Shown: in pieces, positions 25,400 to 35,458 of the stretch | Layout of the letters: every line of letters begins with the position of its first letter | Position numbering within the stretch: the first letter of the stretch is position 1 | Sequence record: MT887289.1 | Source: Escherichia phage SME50 | Length of the DNA stretch: 64,000 nt | Reading direction: 5' to 3' (one strand) | The notes under the pieces: generated by a model | Told to the model about the DNA's origin: nothing | What the model saw: only the letters and a program-made list of their open reading frames with translations | The model's database searches: none | Made by a program: the position numbers and the translations under genes

Positions 25400-26900
25400 T
25401 CCTTTTCCTTTCCTTTCCAGAGTCTTACTAGACCTTAAAAGCAATAACTCTATAGCTTACTCTATAACCTTTTATCAAATCAACTTAAATATAAGCCCAT
25501 AACCCGAAAGGGAAGGGCAACCGTTTAAACGCTCTATAAAGCTCTATAACAGCCTTATCAACCTAACTTAAGGGATTGCATTAACTCACCCTAAAAAGCC
25601 CTTTATAAAGCTTCCTAGAGGCTTAAAAGAATCTTATAAGGGTGTAAGCTTTATCATCTCGTTAGTTCCTTGTGAATATCTAGAAAGGGCTTGTTAGTGT
25701 CTTAAAAGTATGTTATAGGGGCTATAAAGTAGATTAAAAGTTACTTCAAAGTTACGTAAATGCTAGCCCCCTTAACATTTTCTTAACAATTTCTTAACAA
25801 ATCCTACATAGTTATGCTTTTAAGGTACTTGTTAGCAACTTGTTAGCCCCTTGTTAAATCTCTGTTAATACCTCGTAAAAGCCTTGTAAGAGTCTTTGGC
25901 ATAGCCTTTAAAGCCTCTGTAAAGCCCTATAAAGAGCTTTCTACATAGTTGGGGTGTAATTACTAGGAAGAGACTAAAAAGAGCTTATAAGGAGCTATAA
26001 AGGGCTTTTAAGAGGGCTATTTAAAGAATCACTAAGAGAGAAAGGGAATGATAAGAAAAGAGATAGTGACCATGTTAACAGCTTGTTAAAAAGGTTAAAC
26101 ACTTGTTAGGAACTTGTTAATTATCTTAACAAAATAACTCTTTAAAATTAACTTGTTAGCTCTTGTTAGTCATCTGTTAAGCCTCTGTAAAGACTATGTA
26201 TCAACTGTTAAGAAACTGTTAAGCTCTTGTTAGTTCTGTTAAGAATCTGTTAAGACCTCTGAAGAGATGTTAAGAGGATGTAAGAACTGTTAAGAGATTG
26301 TTAATGATATTTTAAAATTCTGCAAAGGGGATGTTACAGGGATGTTAAGGGCTACCAAGCAGATATACATCCTAGACAGATATTTTTCAGTTCCTTCAAA
26401 GACCCTAAAAAATGACTTGATAGTCCTATTTTATAAAAATTTTAAAATTCTGAATAATTACCTAGACAGTCTTCTAAAAATACAGGCATAAACAGGTTTA
26501 TAAGATACCTTGTTAGTACCGTGTTAGACCTTGTGAGATAAGGTCTGTAAAGATATTCCTGTTAAGTTTGTTAAAACAGTCTATATAGAGGCTTAGTAAT
26601 ACCTAGTGAACACCTATAGAGGGTAACATAGCTGACATAGAGATTAAGAGGTGTATAGGGGCTTCTAAGAGGGTGTAGAGAGATGGTTAAGGTGATTGTA
26701 TAGGTTGTTAAGAAGGATTGTTAGAGGGCTATTTAGAAGGGCTATACAGAGGGGCTATTAAGACCACTAGATAGATACTAAGATACTATATAGTACTATA
26801 TAACTATATATATAGAGAGTAAGCTTAAGAAGGTTGTTAAGAAGGTTAGATATTTTATTCACATATGATGGTGACCCAGAGGTTGGGACAACCGATAAAA
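25400..26900. repeat. ORF-free repeat-dense region (about 28 copies of YTGTTAR plus CTnTAAAG and GGGCTAT motif families, AT-rich tract near 26760-26815)
   Basis: No ORF of 60 aa or more on either strand over about 1.6 kb; bounded by convergent terminators. Confidence 0.7.
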
Positions 26901-26912
26901 TTTTATAAAAAT

Positions 26913-26938
26913 TAAAAAGCCCCCAATTAAGGAGGCTC
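26913..26938 (-). terminator. rho-independent terminator for the minus-strand gene block
   Basis: Minus-strand hairpin AGCCTCC-TTAATT-GGGGGCT followed by TTTTT. Confidence 0.5.
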
Positions 26939-26948
26939 TTAAGATATT

Positions 26949-27542
26949 TTAAACCAGTGTTTCCAGAACTGTCTTCAGTGATGACTTGGTTGTCTGATAA
27001 AAATGAGTAAATCCATTGTTGTTATCGAATACCTGCATCATGATATCATCTCCCTTGATTGGGTACACTCGGATATCATAGTGGAACCCGTTAAAGACAG
27101 CAGAACCATTACAGAATGAACTAAAGTCATCCACTGAGATGTACTCTTCGTGACCTGTGATTTTTATACAGACACCTTTGCTCGGTCTCTTAGGGTTAAT
27201 ATCTTCCATCACAGACATATTCTGTCCACCAAGAGATACCATAGTGACCACTTTACGGTTCTTCTGTTTAAAGTACATCTTAACTTTCTGTAAAGTATCT
27301 TCATAGAACGGATAAGACTTCTCTACAAAGATTCCTTCAAGTGGCTCTTTACCATTTCTAACTTCTCTGATATGACGTACTGAGAAGATAAGTTGCTCTA
27401 GTATGTCAAGGCTTTCTTTGGAGAGTGCTTCCCGAACATCAGCCCAGTCAAGGACTAGGTAGTTGCCTTCAACTTCTTTCAAGTTATCTTTTTCCATAGC
27501 TATCACACCATTATTGTAAAACTTGGTAATCCGGTACTGCAA
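26949..27542 (-). CDS. hypothetical protein
   Basis: 197-aa ORF, last gene of the minus-strand block. Confidence 0.5.
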   Translation of the reverse strand: MQYRITKFYNNGVIAMEKDNLKEVEGNYLVLDWADVREALSKESLDILEQLIFSVRHIREVRNGKEPLEGIFVEKSYPFYEDTLQKVKMYFKQKNRKVVTMVSLGGQNMSVMEDINPKRPSKGVCIKITGHEEYISVDDFSSFCNGSAVFNGFHYDIRVYPIKGDDIMMQVFDNNNGFTHFYQTTKSSLKTVLETLV

Positions 27543-27975
27543 ACTTGTTGTTGTTGTTCTTAATGAGGTCTTCTTCTGTTACTAAGAATGTAAGACCACA
27601 CAAGTGTGTATATCTGCTATCATACTCAAATATTTTAAGTAAGTATTTACCATCATGGTAAACAAATTCTACTACACCTTTTGCAACAATCTTTCCAGTC
27701 TTGAAATCTTTAAGAGGGTATACATTACCAACTTTAGGAACTGTTTTCATCTCAGGTTCTTTTAGCTTCTCACCAACTTCTACATCACCTAACAAGTGAG
27801 AACTCTCAAACGCTACATATTGCATATAAGCTTCTGAGCATTCCCAAATAAAACAATGTACAAGAACCTTAGCAGCATGTCTTGAACAGTTCAACTCATC
27901 ACAGATTTCTTTGTACATTTCATCTTTAGTTGAATTGGTAAGCATTGCTTTTCGAACTGTTTCTTTAATTTTCAT
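27511..27975 (-). CDS. hypothetical protein
   Basis: 154-aa ORF. Confidence 0.5.
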   Translation of the reverse strand: MKIKETVRKAMLTNSTKDEMYKEICDELNCSRHAAKVLVHCFIWECSEAYMQYVAFESSHLLGDVEVGEKLKEPEMKTVPKVGNVYPLKDFKTGKIVAKGVVEFVYHDGKYLLKIFEYDSRYTHLCGLTFLVTEEDLIKNNNNKFAVPDYQVLQ

Positions 27976-28393
27976 AAGCTCTCCGAATAACCCTATTAAG
28001 CATCTCTAAAGTCAGCTTTCCAGACTCTAAATGTGGCATAACAAGCTTTAAAGCTTTTTCAACATCATGCACAACATCTATTATACCTTCTTCATAGGCT
28101 TCTACAAGGATATCTTTTACATTTTGTGATTTACCTTTTTGTGGTATCACTAGACGCATATCAAACTCATTTGCTTGAGGATGGTTCTTACCTTGCCAAT
28201 AACCATCTTTGTTAAAGCTGATGTAGTCACCGTGGTAAAAGTGTACACCATTAGCTTTAAACTTCTCCAGCACAAGGCATTGAATTGGGTATTCAGTATT
28301 CCACTCCCTGACTCCTATAACCTTCACTGTTGCGATGTACTCCTGTGTTTTTGCATCTATGATGTCAAGTTCTTGACCAGCTATGATTTGCAT
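27965..28393 (-). CDS. hypothetical protein
   Basis: 142-aa ORF. Confidence 0.5.
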   Translation of the reverse strand: MQIIAGQELDIIDAKTQEYIATVKVIGVREWNTEYPIQCLVLEKFKANGVHFYHGDYISFNKDGYWQGKNHPQANEFDMRLVIPQKGKSQNVKDILVEAYEEGIIDVVHDVEKALKLVMPHLESGKLTLEMLNRVIRRAYEN

Positions 28394-28447
28394 ATTCGCT
28401 ACCTTCTAAGTTCCTACAAAGGGGCTACCAAGTAACCCCTCAAGTTA

Positions 28448-28672
28448 TTACTCAGACTTCTCAGTCTTCTTATCAGATTTCTTACTAGTCTTCTTCTCAG
28501 CTTTCTGTTCAGGTTCCTTCTCAGAAGTTACCTTGATAACCATGTCAAGAAGCTCTGATAGGTCACTCTTCAGCAAAGTAACAGGCTGCTCATTGTAGAA
28601 GTTTTTGTCAAGATAATCTTTGAACTCTTCAATAGAAGGAAATCCAAAAATTGGTACAGGTGTCTTAATCAT
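28448..28672 (-). CDS. small hypothetical protein with Lys/Glu-rich C-terminus
   Basis: 74-aa ORF. Confidence 0.45.
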   Translation of the reverse strand: MIKTPVPIFGFPSIEEFKDYLDKNFYNEQPVTLLKSDLSELLDMVIKVTSEKEPEQKAEKKTSKKSDKKTEKSE

Positions 28673-28748
28673 TACTTAGTTTCTCCATAGGCATCTTTTA
28701 AGATTGCCTTGTTAATCATTTCAGCGATTGCAAAACGAACACATACGG

Positions 28749-29282
28749 CTATAATTGTAGGTTGCATTCTTTACTTACCTCTTCAAGTTTAACCTCAGAG
28801 TCCTTGAGTCGTTTCTTATGAACTCTGAATCTCATTAGTGCGATGATGATACCAACTAAAGGGACAGCATACAAGTACCAAACATCATATACCTTTGCAG
28901 TAATCTGTGTAATGGTTAAGTCTTGAGCTATGGAACTGATTGCTGATACTGCCAGTAATGTTGCTAGGAAAAATGCCAGTACCATTACCGTACTTAAACA
29001 ACCTCTGGCATGGTGTTCATGCTTAATACACTTATTCTTTTCGTCAACGACCCTGTTGTAGTCATTTGTAAAGTCTCTGTAGAAAGCTTTCAAGTATTCT
29101 TTATTGTAGCCTTCAAAGCAACCTGTACCGTACCAATAATCACCACCAAAATGTGCTATGATACCAGTTTCTCCGTTTGGTTTAGTTACTCTCAAAGATG
29201 TGTGATGACGAGTATCTTGATAGTCTATTTTGTATCTTTCTTCGTAAATCATTTTCCAACCCCTCTCAATCGTTTGTTCCAC
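28749..29282 (-). CDS. membrane protein
   Basis: 177-aa ORF with internal hydrophobic stretches (VMVLAFFLATLLAVSAI; VPLVGIIIALM). Confidence 0.45.
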   Translation of the reverse strand: MEQTIERGWKMIYEERYKIDYQDTRHHTSLRVTKPNGETGIIAHFGGDYWYGTGCFEGYNKEYLKAFYRDFTNDYNRVVDEKNKCIKHEHHARGCLSTVMVLAFFLATLLAVSAISSIAQDLTITQITAKVYDVWYLYAVPLVGIIIALMRFRVHKKRLKDSEVKLEEVSKECNLQL

Positions 29283-29467
29283 TCAAGGTCAACAAGTCTT
29301 TGTAGGACTTTACCTCTAGGTGTTACACCTTTTAAATCTGCATCGTAGCAATGGTAAAAGTCACCTTCAGCGTGTTTACCATAGCATTTCCTGATATTCT
29401 GACTTCTACGATACTGCTCTAGTAGGGATAGTCTGTAGTAATCTTCAACTGTAGTTAGTTTTTTCAT
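29249..29467 (-). CDS. small hypothetical protein
   Basis: 72-aa ORF. Confidence 0.4.
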   Translation of the reverse strand: MKKLTTVEDYYRLSLLEQYRRSQNIRKCYGKHAEGDFYHCYDADLKGVTPRGKVLQRLVDLEWNKRLRGVGK

Positions 29468-29550
29468 TCTTTCACCACGAATCCTTTTAAGAAACTAAAA
29501 AGGGAACTACCTCTCGATAGCTCCCATCATAGTTAACATTGTATACTCGG

Positions 29551-30132
29551 TCAAGAGTATTTTTTAGGCAGTAATGCACTACGCTTGTTACTCTCTTCAC
29601 TCAATAGTGCGATAAATTCATCGCCTTTCCCTTTCCACGGACTGAATGTAGGGATGTGCTCTCTGATAGCCTCAATCACTGTTTTCAGGGCATTGTTCTT
29701 TAACCACCAATCAGACACTGCCGAAGCTACAATGTAGTAAGCACCATCATCTGTGAAAATTGGCTCAGAGATACATGGTGAAATCATAGTGGTAATGATA
29801 GAGCCATTATTCATGTAGTATGTTCTTTTTTCAACCTTGTCAAGAAGTTTATGAAGGTCTGCAAAGAGACTTACCACCTCTTTATGGTCAATATCTTTTT
29901 CAAGATTTGCTCTATATTTTAATAGTGCAGCATCAACCTCTTTATCATTGAATTTGAAGTATTGGACTTCTTCATTCACACATACACTGATATTATTTGT
30001 GTTTATCGTCAATTTGCACAGTTTGACTGGAGAGTTGATGTTGGTCTGGAAAAGTGCTACACAGCCTTCTACATTCCCGAAATGTTTGACTAGTGTAACT
30101 TCTGGTTGAATGTGCTCATGTTCTTCGGACAT
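29551..30132 (-). CDS. hypothetical protein
   Basis: 193-aa ORF. Confidence 0.5.
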   Translation of the reverse strand: MSEEHEHIQPEVTLVKHFGNVEGCVALFQTNINSPVKLCKLTINTNNISVCVNEEVQYFKFNDKEVDAALLKYRANLEKDIDHKEVVSLFADLHKLLDKVEKRTYYMNNGSIITTMISPCISEPIFTDDGAYYIVASAVSDWWLKNNALKTVIEAIREHIPTFSPWKGKGDEFIALLSEESNKRSALLPKKYS

Positions 30133-30476
30133 TACAGTTTCCTCATTAAATACTTTTTAAGTTGTGTATTAGGTTTCTCAAAAACTTCTATAGAAGATAT
30201 CTTGACAGACTCACCACGCATACCAGTGTGTTTGAAAATATAGTATTCTAACATACCTATGTATTTTGCTGGTAAGTCATACTTGACGTACACTGTTACA
30301 GAATCTTCAAATTCAACAACCTTTGTACCATCTTTGTAGTTAAACTCTTTAGGATGGTTGTAATTGTCGATGTCGTACATTAAAAAGAGTCTTTTACGCT
30401 GCATATCTAGCTTATTTGTCAAAGACTCTTTGATATCTGAAAAGTTTTTATAGACTGTGACATGGAGCTTACTCAT
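30132..30476 (-). CDS. hypothetical protein
   Basis: 114-aa ORF. Confidence 0.5.
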   Translation of the reverse strand: MSKLHVTVYKNFSDIKESLTNKLDMQRKRLFLMYDIDNYNHPKEFNYKDGTKVVEFEDSVTVYVKYDLPAKYIGMLEYYIFKHTGMRGESVKISSIEVFEKPNTQLKKYLMRKL

Positions 30477-30762
30477 CGTTAAACTCTCTGACGAAGAAAT
30501 AGTTGACTTTGTTATTACCTACCATAAGGTCAAAGCAGGTGTTCTCAAAAGGTTTGTTGTAGGCATCATATGAAGTGTACGTATCAGCTACTTGTTTAGT
30601 GTTGAGCTTTTTACTTGATGGATTTAAGAGGCCACCATACAGTTTCTTGATAGCCTCTTCTACAACAGACCAGATGATTTCGTCAGTAATTTCTTCGTAC
30701 AGGTCAAGTTCACGCTCTAGTGAGAAGTCACAAATAGGGAAAATAACCTGCACTTTACTCAT
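30469..30762 (-). CDS. hypothetical protein
   Basis: 97-aa ORF. Confidence 0.5.
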   Translation of the reverse strand: MSKVQVIFPICDFSLERELDLYEEITDEIIWSVVEEAIKKLYGGLLNPSSKKLNTKQVADTYTSYDAYNKPFENTCFDLMVGNNKVNYFFVREFNDE

Positions 30763-31157
30763 TAACGGATAACCTGTGTGACTTGAATTGCTTCAGTTAC
30801 GGACAATTCACCTACTTTCTCTTCTTTGATAAAAGTGAAGGTGAGTTCAACAGGTTCTTCCTCTTCTTGCTCAACTGGAACACCATTAAGCTCATCAAAG
30901 ATTGATTGGGTTGTCCAGTCTTCACCACCATCTGGGTAGTGGACTGCGTAAAGAGGAAACTCTAAATTATACCAAGCAAAAACAGGGCAACCATCTGCAT
31001 CATCTCGGCATCTGTGGAGATATGTGTTTGTACCTTCAAAATGCAAATGGAGATTACCATTCTTCTCAAAGAGAAGAGCATCTCGCAGGTCTAGTTCCTC
31101 ATTTTCGCTGTAACGGCTGACATCAACTTTAACGTGGATATGACTGTTATTATTCAT
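30762..31157 (-). CDS. hypothetical protein
   Basis: 131-aa ORF. Confidence 0.5.
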   Translation of the reverse strand: MNNNSHIHVKVDVSRYSENEELDLRDALLFEKNGNLHLHFEGTNTYLHRCRDDADGCPVFAWYNLEFPLYAVHYPDGGEDWTTQSIFDELNGVPVEQEEEEPVELTFTFIKEEKVGELSVTEAIQVTQVIR

Positions 31158-31548
31158 AAAAACCTCTCTCTGCTTGTTCGATTTTTTCTCTTAAAATTTC
31201 GCAATGTTGTAAATGGTAGTTAGCTTCTTGTTCATGTGTTGCTAACTGCCTTTCCAGAACAGTTTTATAGTAACCTGCAAGTTGCTCTTTTGTCAATGGG
31301 TGCTCTGAAATAATATCAAGCCCACTTTCACCAAGAGGGTTGAATTGTCCATGCTCATTGACATTGTAAGTCTCAAACTTGAACAGGCCATTGTTCACAG
31401 ATTCAATAGGTGACAATTCAACAAGCTCTACAGTAAATCGTGTATACACCTTGTCGCCTCTTGAAACCACATTGTTTCCGACAATGCGTACAAGCGAACC
31501 ATTACGTGTGTACTTAAAAGTTCCAAAGTCACTAGCCCAAAGCTTCAT
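31150..31548 (-). CDS. hypothetical protein
   Basis: 132-aa ORF. Confidence 0.5.
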   Translation of the reverse strand: MKLWASDFGTFKYTRNGSLVRIVGNNVVSRGDKVYTRFTVELVELSPIESVNNGLFKFETYNVNEHGQFNPLGESGLDIISEHPLTKEQLAGYYKTVLERQLATHEQEANYHLQHCEILREKIEQAERGFYE

Positions 31549-31565
31549 AGTTTTCTCCTTAGAAA

Positions 31566-31590
31566 ATAAAAAAGGCTCCCGAAGGAGCCT
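31566..31590 (-). terminator. rho-independent terminator downstream of the lysozyme gene
   Basis: Minus-strand GGCTCC-TTCG-GGAGCC hairpin followed by TTTTTT. Confidence 0.55.
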
Positions 31591-31599
31591 ATGAAGATA

Positions 31600-32064
31600 T
31601 TACTTTGGGTATACACTGTCAAGATAAATGTCAGCTTCCATTCTACGTCTGTTTTTCAGACCATTTGAAGTGACCTTCTTACCTTTGACTGTAACCTTGT
31701 TCCACCACTGCATAGCTTCTGCACAACCTACCTTGTTACCAGCATTGTGGCGCTTGATAAATGTAGACTCCTGCATAGCTGTGATACCGATGTTGTATGT
31801 TTCACTTACAAGTGCATCGAACTCATTCTGAGAAGTTGGAGCCTTGATAGCTTTATTCACTGCTGCAACAAACTTCTCAACATCTGCGAGAAGATACTGT
31901 TCAGCTTGTTCAGCCGTGATTTTCATACCCATCTTAACAGGTTTTCCGTCAATACGGATTGTACCATACCCGATTGTTGGGATTCCGGCAGAGTCTTCGT
32001 AAGCCTCTAACTTCAGACCTTCAAAGAACTTAATAGCTTCTAAACCTTTTCTTGAGAGTTGCAT
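31600..32064 (-). CDS. phage lysozyme (GH24, T4-lysozyme-like; probable endolysin)
   Basis: 154-aa ORF with catalytic-region motif EGLKLEAYEDSAGIPTIGYG characteristic of GH24 phage lysozymes. Confidence 0.8.
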   Translation of the reverse strand: MQLSRKGLEAIKFFEGLKLEAYEDSAGIPTIGYGTIRIDGKPVKMGMKITAEQAEQYLLADVEKFVAAVNKAIKAPTSQNEFDALVSETYNIGITAMQESTFIKRHNAGNKVGCAEAMQWWNKVTVKGKKVTSNGLKNRRRMEADIYLDSVYPK

Positions 32065-33449
32065 TATGCCTCCCCTGCTGGGTTAACTGTAACTGTTGCC
32101 GCATTAGATGTTACAGAGCCACCTGCACCAGTCACTACACAAGTGTAGCTTCCTGCATCAGCAGCAGTTGCACCTTCTTTGGTGTAAGTTGCAGTCGTTG
32201 CGTCTGGGATGACTTCCTCACCTTTCTTCCACTGGTAACCTGTTGCACCAGTTGCCACAACATTCAGCGTTAAGGTCTCACCTTCAGTGATTTCTTGATT
32301 GGCTGGTTGTTGAGTGATGACTGGAAGAGCATTAACGGTAACAGTTGCAGCATTAGATGTTACTGTTGTACCACCTGCACCAGTAACTACACAGGTATAT
32401 GAACCAGCATCGGCAGGGTCTGCTTTAGCTTTCGTGTAAGTTGCACCAGTTGCACTAGGGATGTTCACATTATCTTTCTTCCATTGATAACCTGTTGCAC
32501 CTGTGGCCTCAATACTCAGCGTCAAACTGCCACCTTCATTGACTACTTGGTTAGTTGGCTGCTTGGTAATAACTGGCAAAGCATTTACCGTGACAGTTGC
32601 AGGGTTAGAAGTAACAGAACCTCCAGCACCAGTTACAACGCAAGTGTAAGAACCTGCATCTGCTGGAAGCGCACCAGATTTGCTATAGTTAGCATTTGTA
32701 GCTGATGGGATGTCAGAGCCATCTTTCTTCCATTGGTAGCCTGTTGCACCTGTTGCAGTAACTGATAAGTCAATGTTTCCACCCTCATTAATGGTCTGGC
32801 TAGAAGGTTGCTGTGTAATCACAGGCAGTGCGTTCACAGTAACTGTTGCTGCATCTGAGGTGACACTTGTTCCACCATCTCCAGATACAGCACAAGTGTA
32901 TGAACCAGCGTCAGAAGGTGCTACAGATTGTTTTGTATAGGTTGCAGATGTGGCACTGGAGATATTCTCACCATCCTTCTTCCATTGATACCCAGTGGCA
33001 TTAGTTGCGAGAACACTTAGGGTAAGTGCTCCACCTTCATTGACTGTTTGGTTTGTCGGTTGCTGAGTAATTACTGGTGGCTTAATGGCATCCTTCAACT
33101 TAGCATTCAACATTGAGAACGGTTTAACTCTTGCCAACCATTCACAATACACTGTGTCAACGTCTTTACCATTGATAATTGCATATTGTAAATCCATGAA
33201 GAAGTCAGAAGTTCTCATTTGAGCACCGACGCTGTAAAGCAAATCATCACTAAAAGGAACTTTGTAGTCTGGTTTGTAGTCAAACTTCTTAACCTCTGCG
33301 ATATCAGCTTCAGGCCAATATGAGCTATAGGTGAGTGGTAAAATAGCTTCTTGATATGTTCTAAAATCATATCTCTTACCAGCCTTTACATTTGCGATGA
33401 AGCCCTTCACAAATTCTTTGAAGTCTGGGTAAGTCTTTGCTTTAATCAT
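32064..33449 (-). CDS. Ig-like repeat protein (four tandem Ig-like domains after an N-terminal domain)
   Basis: Four repeats of about 90 aa each carrying PVITQQP...TGATGYQWKK...DAGSYTCVVTGAGG; N-terminal domain paralogous to the upstream 123-aa ORF. Confidence 0.6.
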   Translation of the reverse strand: MIKAKTYPDFKEFVKGFIANVKAGKRYDFRTYQEAILPLTYSSYWPEADIAEVKKFDYKPDYKVPFSDDLLYSVGAQMRTSDFFMDLQYAIINGKDVDTVYCEWLARVKPFSMLNAKLKDAIKPPVITQQPTNQTVNEGGALTLSVLATNATGYQWKKDGENISSATSATYTKQSVAPSDAGSYTCAVSGDGGTSVTSDAATVTVNALPVITQQPSSQTINEGGNIDLSVTATGATGYQWKKDGSDIPSATNANYSKSGALPADAGSYTCVVTGAGGSVTSNPATVTVNALPVITKQPTNQVVNEGGSLTLSIEATGATGYQWKKDNVNIPSATGATYTKAKADPADAGSYTCVVTGAGGTTVTSNAATVTVNALPVITQQPANQEITEGETLTLNVVATGATGYQWKKGEEVIPDATTATYTKEGATAADAGSYTCVVTGAGGSVTSNAATVTVNPAGEA

Positions 33450-33817
33450 TTCTTTTTAGCCTCTAAACGTGCGTTTAATCTAAAATAGCCTTTATGTTGT
33501 GGAGACACATCACCAACAACGATACCTTCAACTTTATAACCTTTACCGATTACATACTGGATATCCATAAGAAATGTACCAAGTCCTACAATGTGGAACA
33601 TTGGATATAATAACTTATCTGAATCTGGGAGATTAATATCTGGGTTGTAGGTAGGTTGTTTACTAGTAGGTGTAATATCTTCTTCAGGCCATTTACTTAG
33701 TCTCCATGTCAAAGGTGTTGGGATAACATCATTAAGATTGTACCTCCCACCATTCTCCACGGAATGGATATAGGATTGTAGGAAGCAATAAAAGTCTTTT
33801 GCACTCTTAGCTTTCAT
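33446..33817 (-). CDS. hypothetical protein, paralog of the N-terminal domain of the Ig-like repeat protein
   Basis: Shared motifs (KDFY/KEFV, GGRYNLND/GKRYDFRT, WPEEDI/WPEADI, FLMDIQYVIGKG/FFMDLQYAIINGK). Confidence 0.5.
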   Translation of the reverse strand: MKAKSAKDFYCFLQSYIHSVENGGRYNLNDVIPTPLTWRLSKWPEEDITPTSKQPTYNPDINLPDSDKLLYPMFHIVGLGTFLMDIQYVIGKGYKVEGIVVGDVSPQHKGYFRLNARLEAKKK

Positions 33818-33825
33818 TAAATATC

Positions 33826-33856
33826 CTTATAAATAGATAAAGGGGCATTAGCCCCT
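33826..33856 (-). terminator. putative terminator
   Basis: Palindrome AGGGGC-ATTA-GCCCCT just downstream (minus sense) of the 33865-34455 gene. Confidence 0.4.
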
Positions 33857-33864
33857 GTTTATAC

Positions 33865-34455
33865 TTAAGCTTTGGTCTTAAGTAGGTTCTTAAGTTTTTT
33901 GAGATTCATGCTCTCGTCAAACTTAAAACCAAATCCATTGACATAATCAATGAACTCGGATTTCTTACTAAGTGATAGCGCGTAACTCATATCAAAGTTA
34001 TTACTTGTTTCTGCGTCTGGACTAGAGTTCACATCAAATGAAATTTCTGTAGGCTCTTGCTTGCTACTTCTCATATTATCAATTAATAGGCATGTATAGT
34101 TCGCTGGATAGAAGTTTGCACTGCCATCAACATACCCATACTTATTGTTGTGAATAAGGTTTGAAAATACCTTAAGAAATGTTTCTGAGTCGTGGCATAC
34201 AAGTTTGAATTGGCTGCATTCTCCAAGAGCCACTAAAGAATAAGGGCTTTCACTATCAATGTCGTAGTTTGGATTTGATGTTGTAACCGTCACACGCATC
34301 AAGTTATTAGCAATAGTCTTCTGCTTGAAAGAATTTGGGACATAGTGAAGACCTCTATCACACTGATTAACTAACTCTTTAAGTAGGTCGTTTGCATATG
34401 GTGAATTAATTGATACAGAGCCATCACTATTATAGTTAAAACTTACTGTTAACAT
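33865..34455 (-). CDS. hypothetical protein
   Basis: 196-aa ORF. Confidence 0.5.
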   Translation of the reverse strand: MLTVSFNYNSDGSVSINSPYANDLLKELVNQCDRGLHYVPNSFKQKTIANNLMRVTVTTSNPNYDIDSESPYSLVALGECSQFKLVCHDSETFLKVFSNLIHNNKYGYVDGSANFYPANYTCLLIDNMRSSKQEPTEISFDVNSSPDAETSNNFDMSYALSLSKKSEFIDYVNGFGFKFDESMNLKKLKNLLKTKA

Positions 34456-34682
34456 TTTTCAGTTCTCCTGCGATTTATGATTTTGCTGCAATAGAGAAAC
34501 GAAGTAAACTCACTGGAAGAAACCATTAAGTGTTGTTCACTAGATTGAGCCATTGCCCTGAAATACATTCCAGTCAAAGCATCGTAGTGACTATTCTTTC
34601 CAATTGAGGTTATATAGCTATGACTCTTTGCAGTTTTATATAAATCTATAATATCTGCGATTTCTAATTGGGAACTACACAT
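34449..34682 (-). CDS. small hypothetical protein
   Basis: 77-aa ORF preceded (minus sense) by AAGAGGA RBS-like sequence. Confidence 0.45.
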   Translation of the reverse strand: MCSSQLEIADIIDLYKTAKSHSYITSIGKNSHYDALTGMYFRAMAQSSEQHLMVSSSEFTSFLYCSKIINRRRTEKC

Positions 34683-34919
34683 AGATAATCCTCTTGTCTT
34701 CTGTAATTTTGAAAGAACAGGTACAGACCAATTTCAGAGGATGAATAGTAGAGTAACTCTACCCTTTTTGATTCCTTACAGTGATTGGTATTTTTACCTT
34801 TCTTCGGGTTGTTTGATTTTCTCATTAAGTCTCCTTTGTAGAACAAGGCAGACCTACAGCTTTAAGTAAGATGGTACAGTAATCCATACAACAAGTCAAG
34901 AACTATTGCAAGTTAAAAA

Positions 34920-34960
34920 AGTTGTTGACAAAGTACTTGACAAGGTGTAGGCTTATAAAT
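34920..34960 (+). promoter_or_regulatory. divergent promoter region (tandem TTGACA boxes, TATAAATA element)
   Basis: GTTGTTGACAAAGTACTTGACAAGGTGTAGGCTTATAAATAC between minus- and plus-strand gene blocks. Confidence 0.35.
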
Positions 34961-35074
34961 ACTTAGAAGATAACTTAAAAGGTTCCTCTAAAAAGGCTAT
35001 TTAAACAGATATCTTTCTGGATATCTATCTTTTATCTTAAAAGCCTTTTAAGAGGTCTTATAAGAGGCATACCA

Positions 35075-35446
35075 ATGAAAAACAGAACAAACAAAGGCCA
35101 GTTTAAAAAAGGCCAGTCTGGTAACCCATCTGGAAGACCGAAAGGTTCTCGTAACAAAAGCTCACTTGTAAAAGCTCAACTGACCATTGATAATTCTGCT
35201 GAGTTTGCTGCAAAGTTGTTTGAAGCGATTGTTACAAGGGACGCTGCTAAGCTTGCAGAGTTCGGGTTAAACACAGATGACGTAACCATCAAGAGCATGA
35301 TTGAGGTCGGTAAAACTATCTTTACTCACTCAGCAGGTGAGATGAAAGCACTTGCAGCAGACACTAAGAAGACTTCTGATAATGGTGGTCAGTCACAGAC
35401 AGATAACAAACCAACGTTCTCTGCTGTAGCGACTCTCAAAAAATAA
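35075..35446 (+). CDS. hypothetical protein with basic Gly/Pro-rich N-terminal motif
   Basis: 123-aa ORF; N-terminus KGQFKKGQSGNPSGRPKGSRNK. Confidence 0.5.
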   Translation: MKNRTNKGQFKKGQSGNPSGRPKGSRNKSSLVKAQLTIDNSAEFAAKLFEAIVTRDAAKLAEFGLNTDDVTIKSMIEVGKTIFTHSAGEMKALAADTKKTSDNGGQSQTDNKPTFSAVATLKK

Positions 35447-35458
35447 TTTTAAAAGGTG

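Noticed and set aside
34664-34846. 60-aa minus-strand ORF
   Set aside because: Overlaps the better-supported 34449-34682 gene and extends into the divergent promoter region; no RBS
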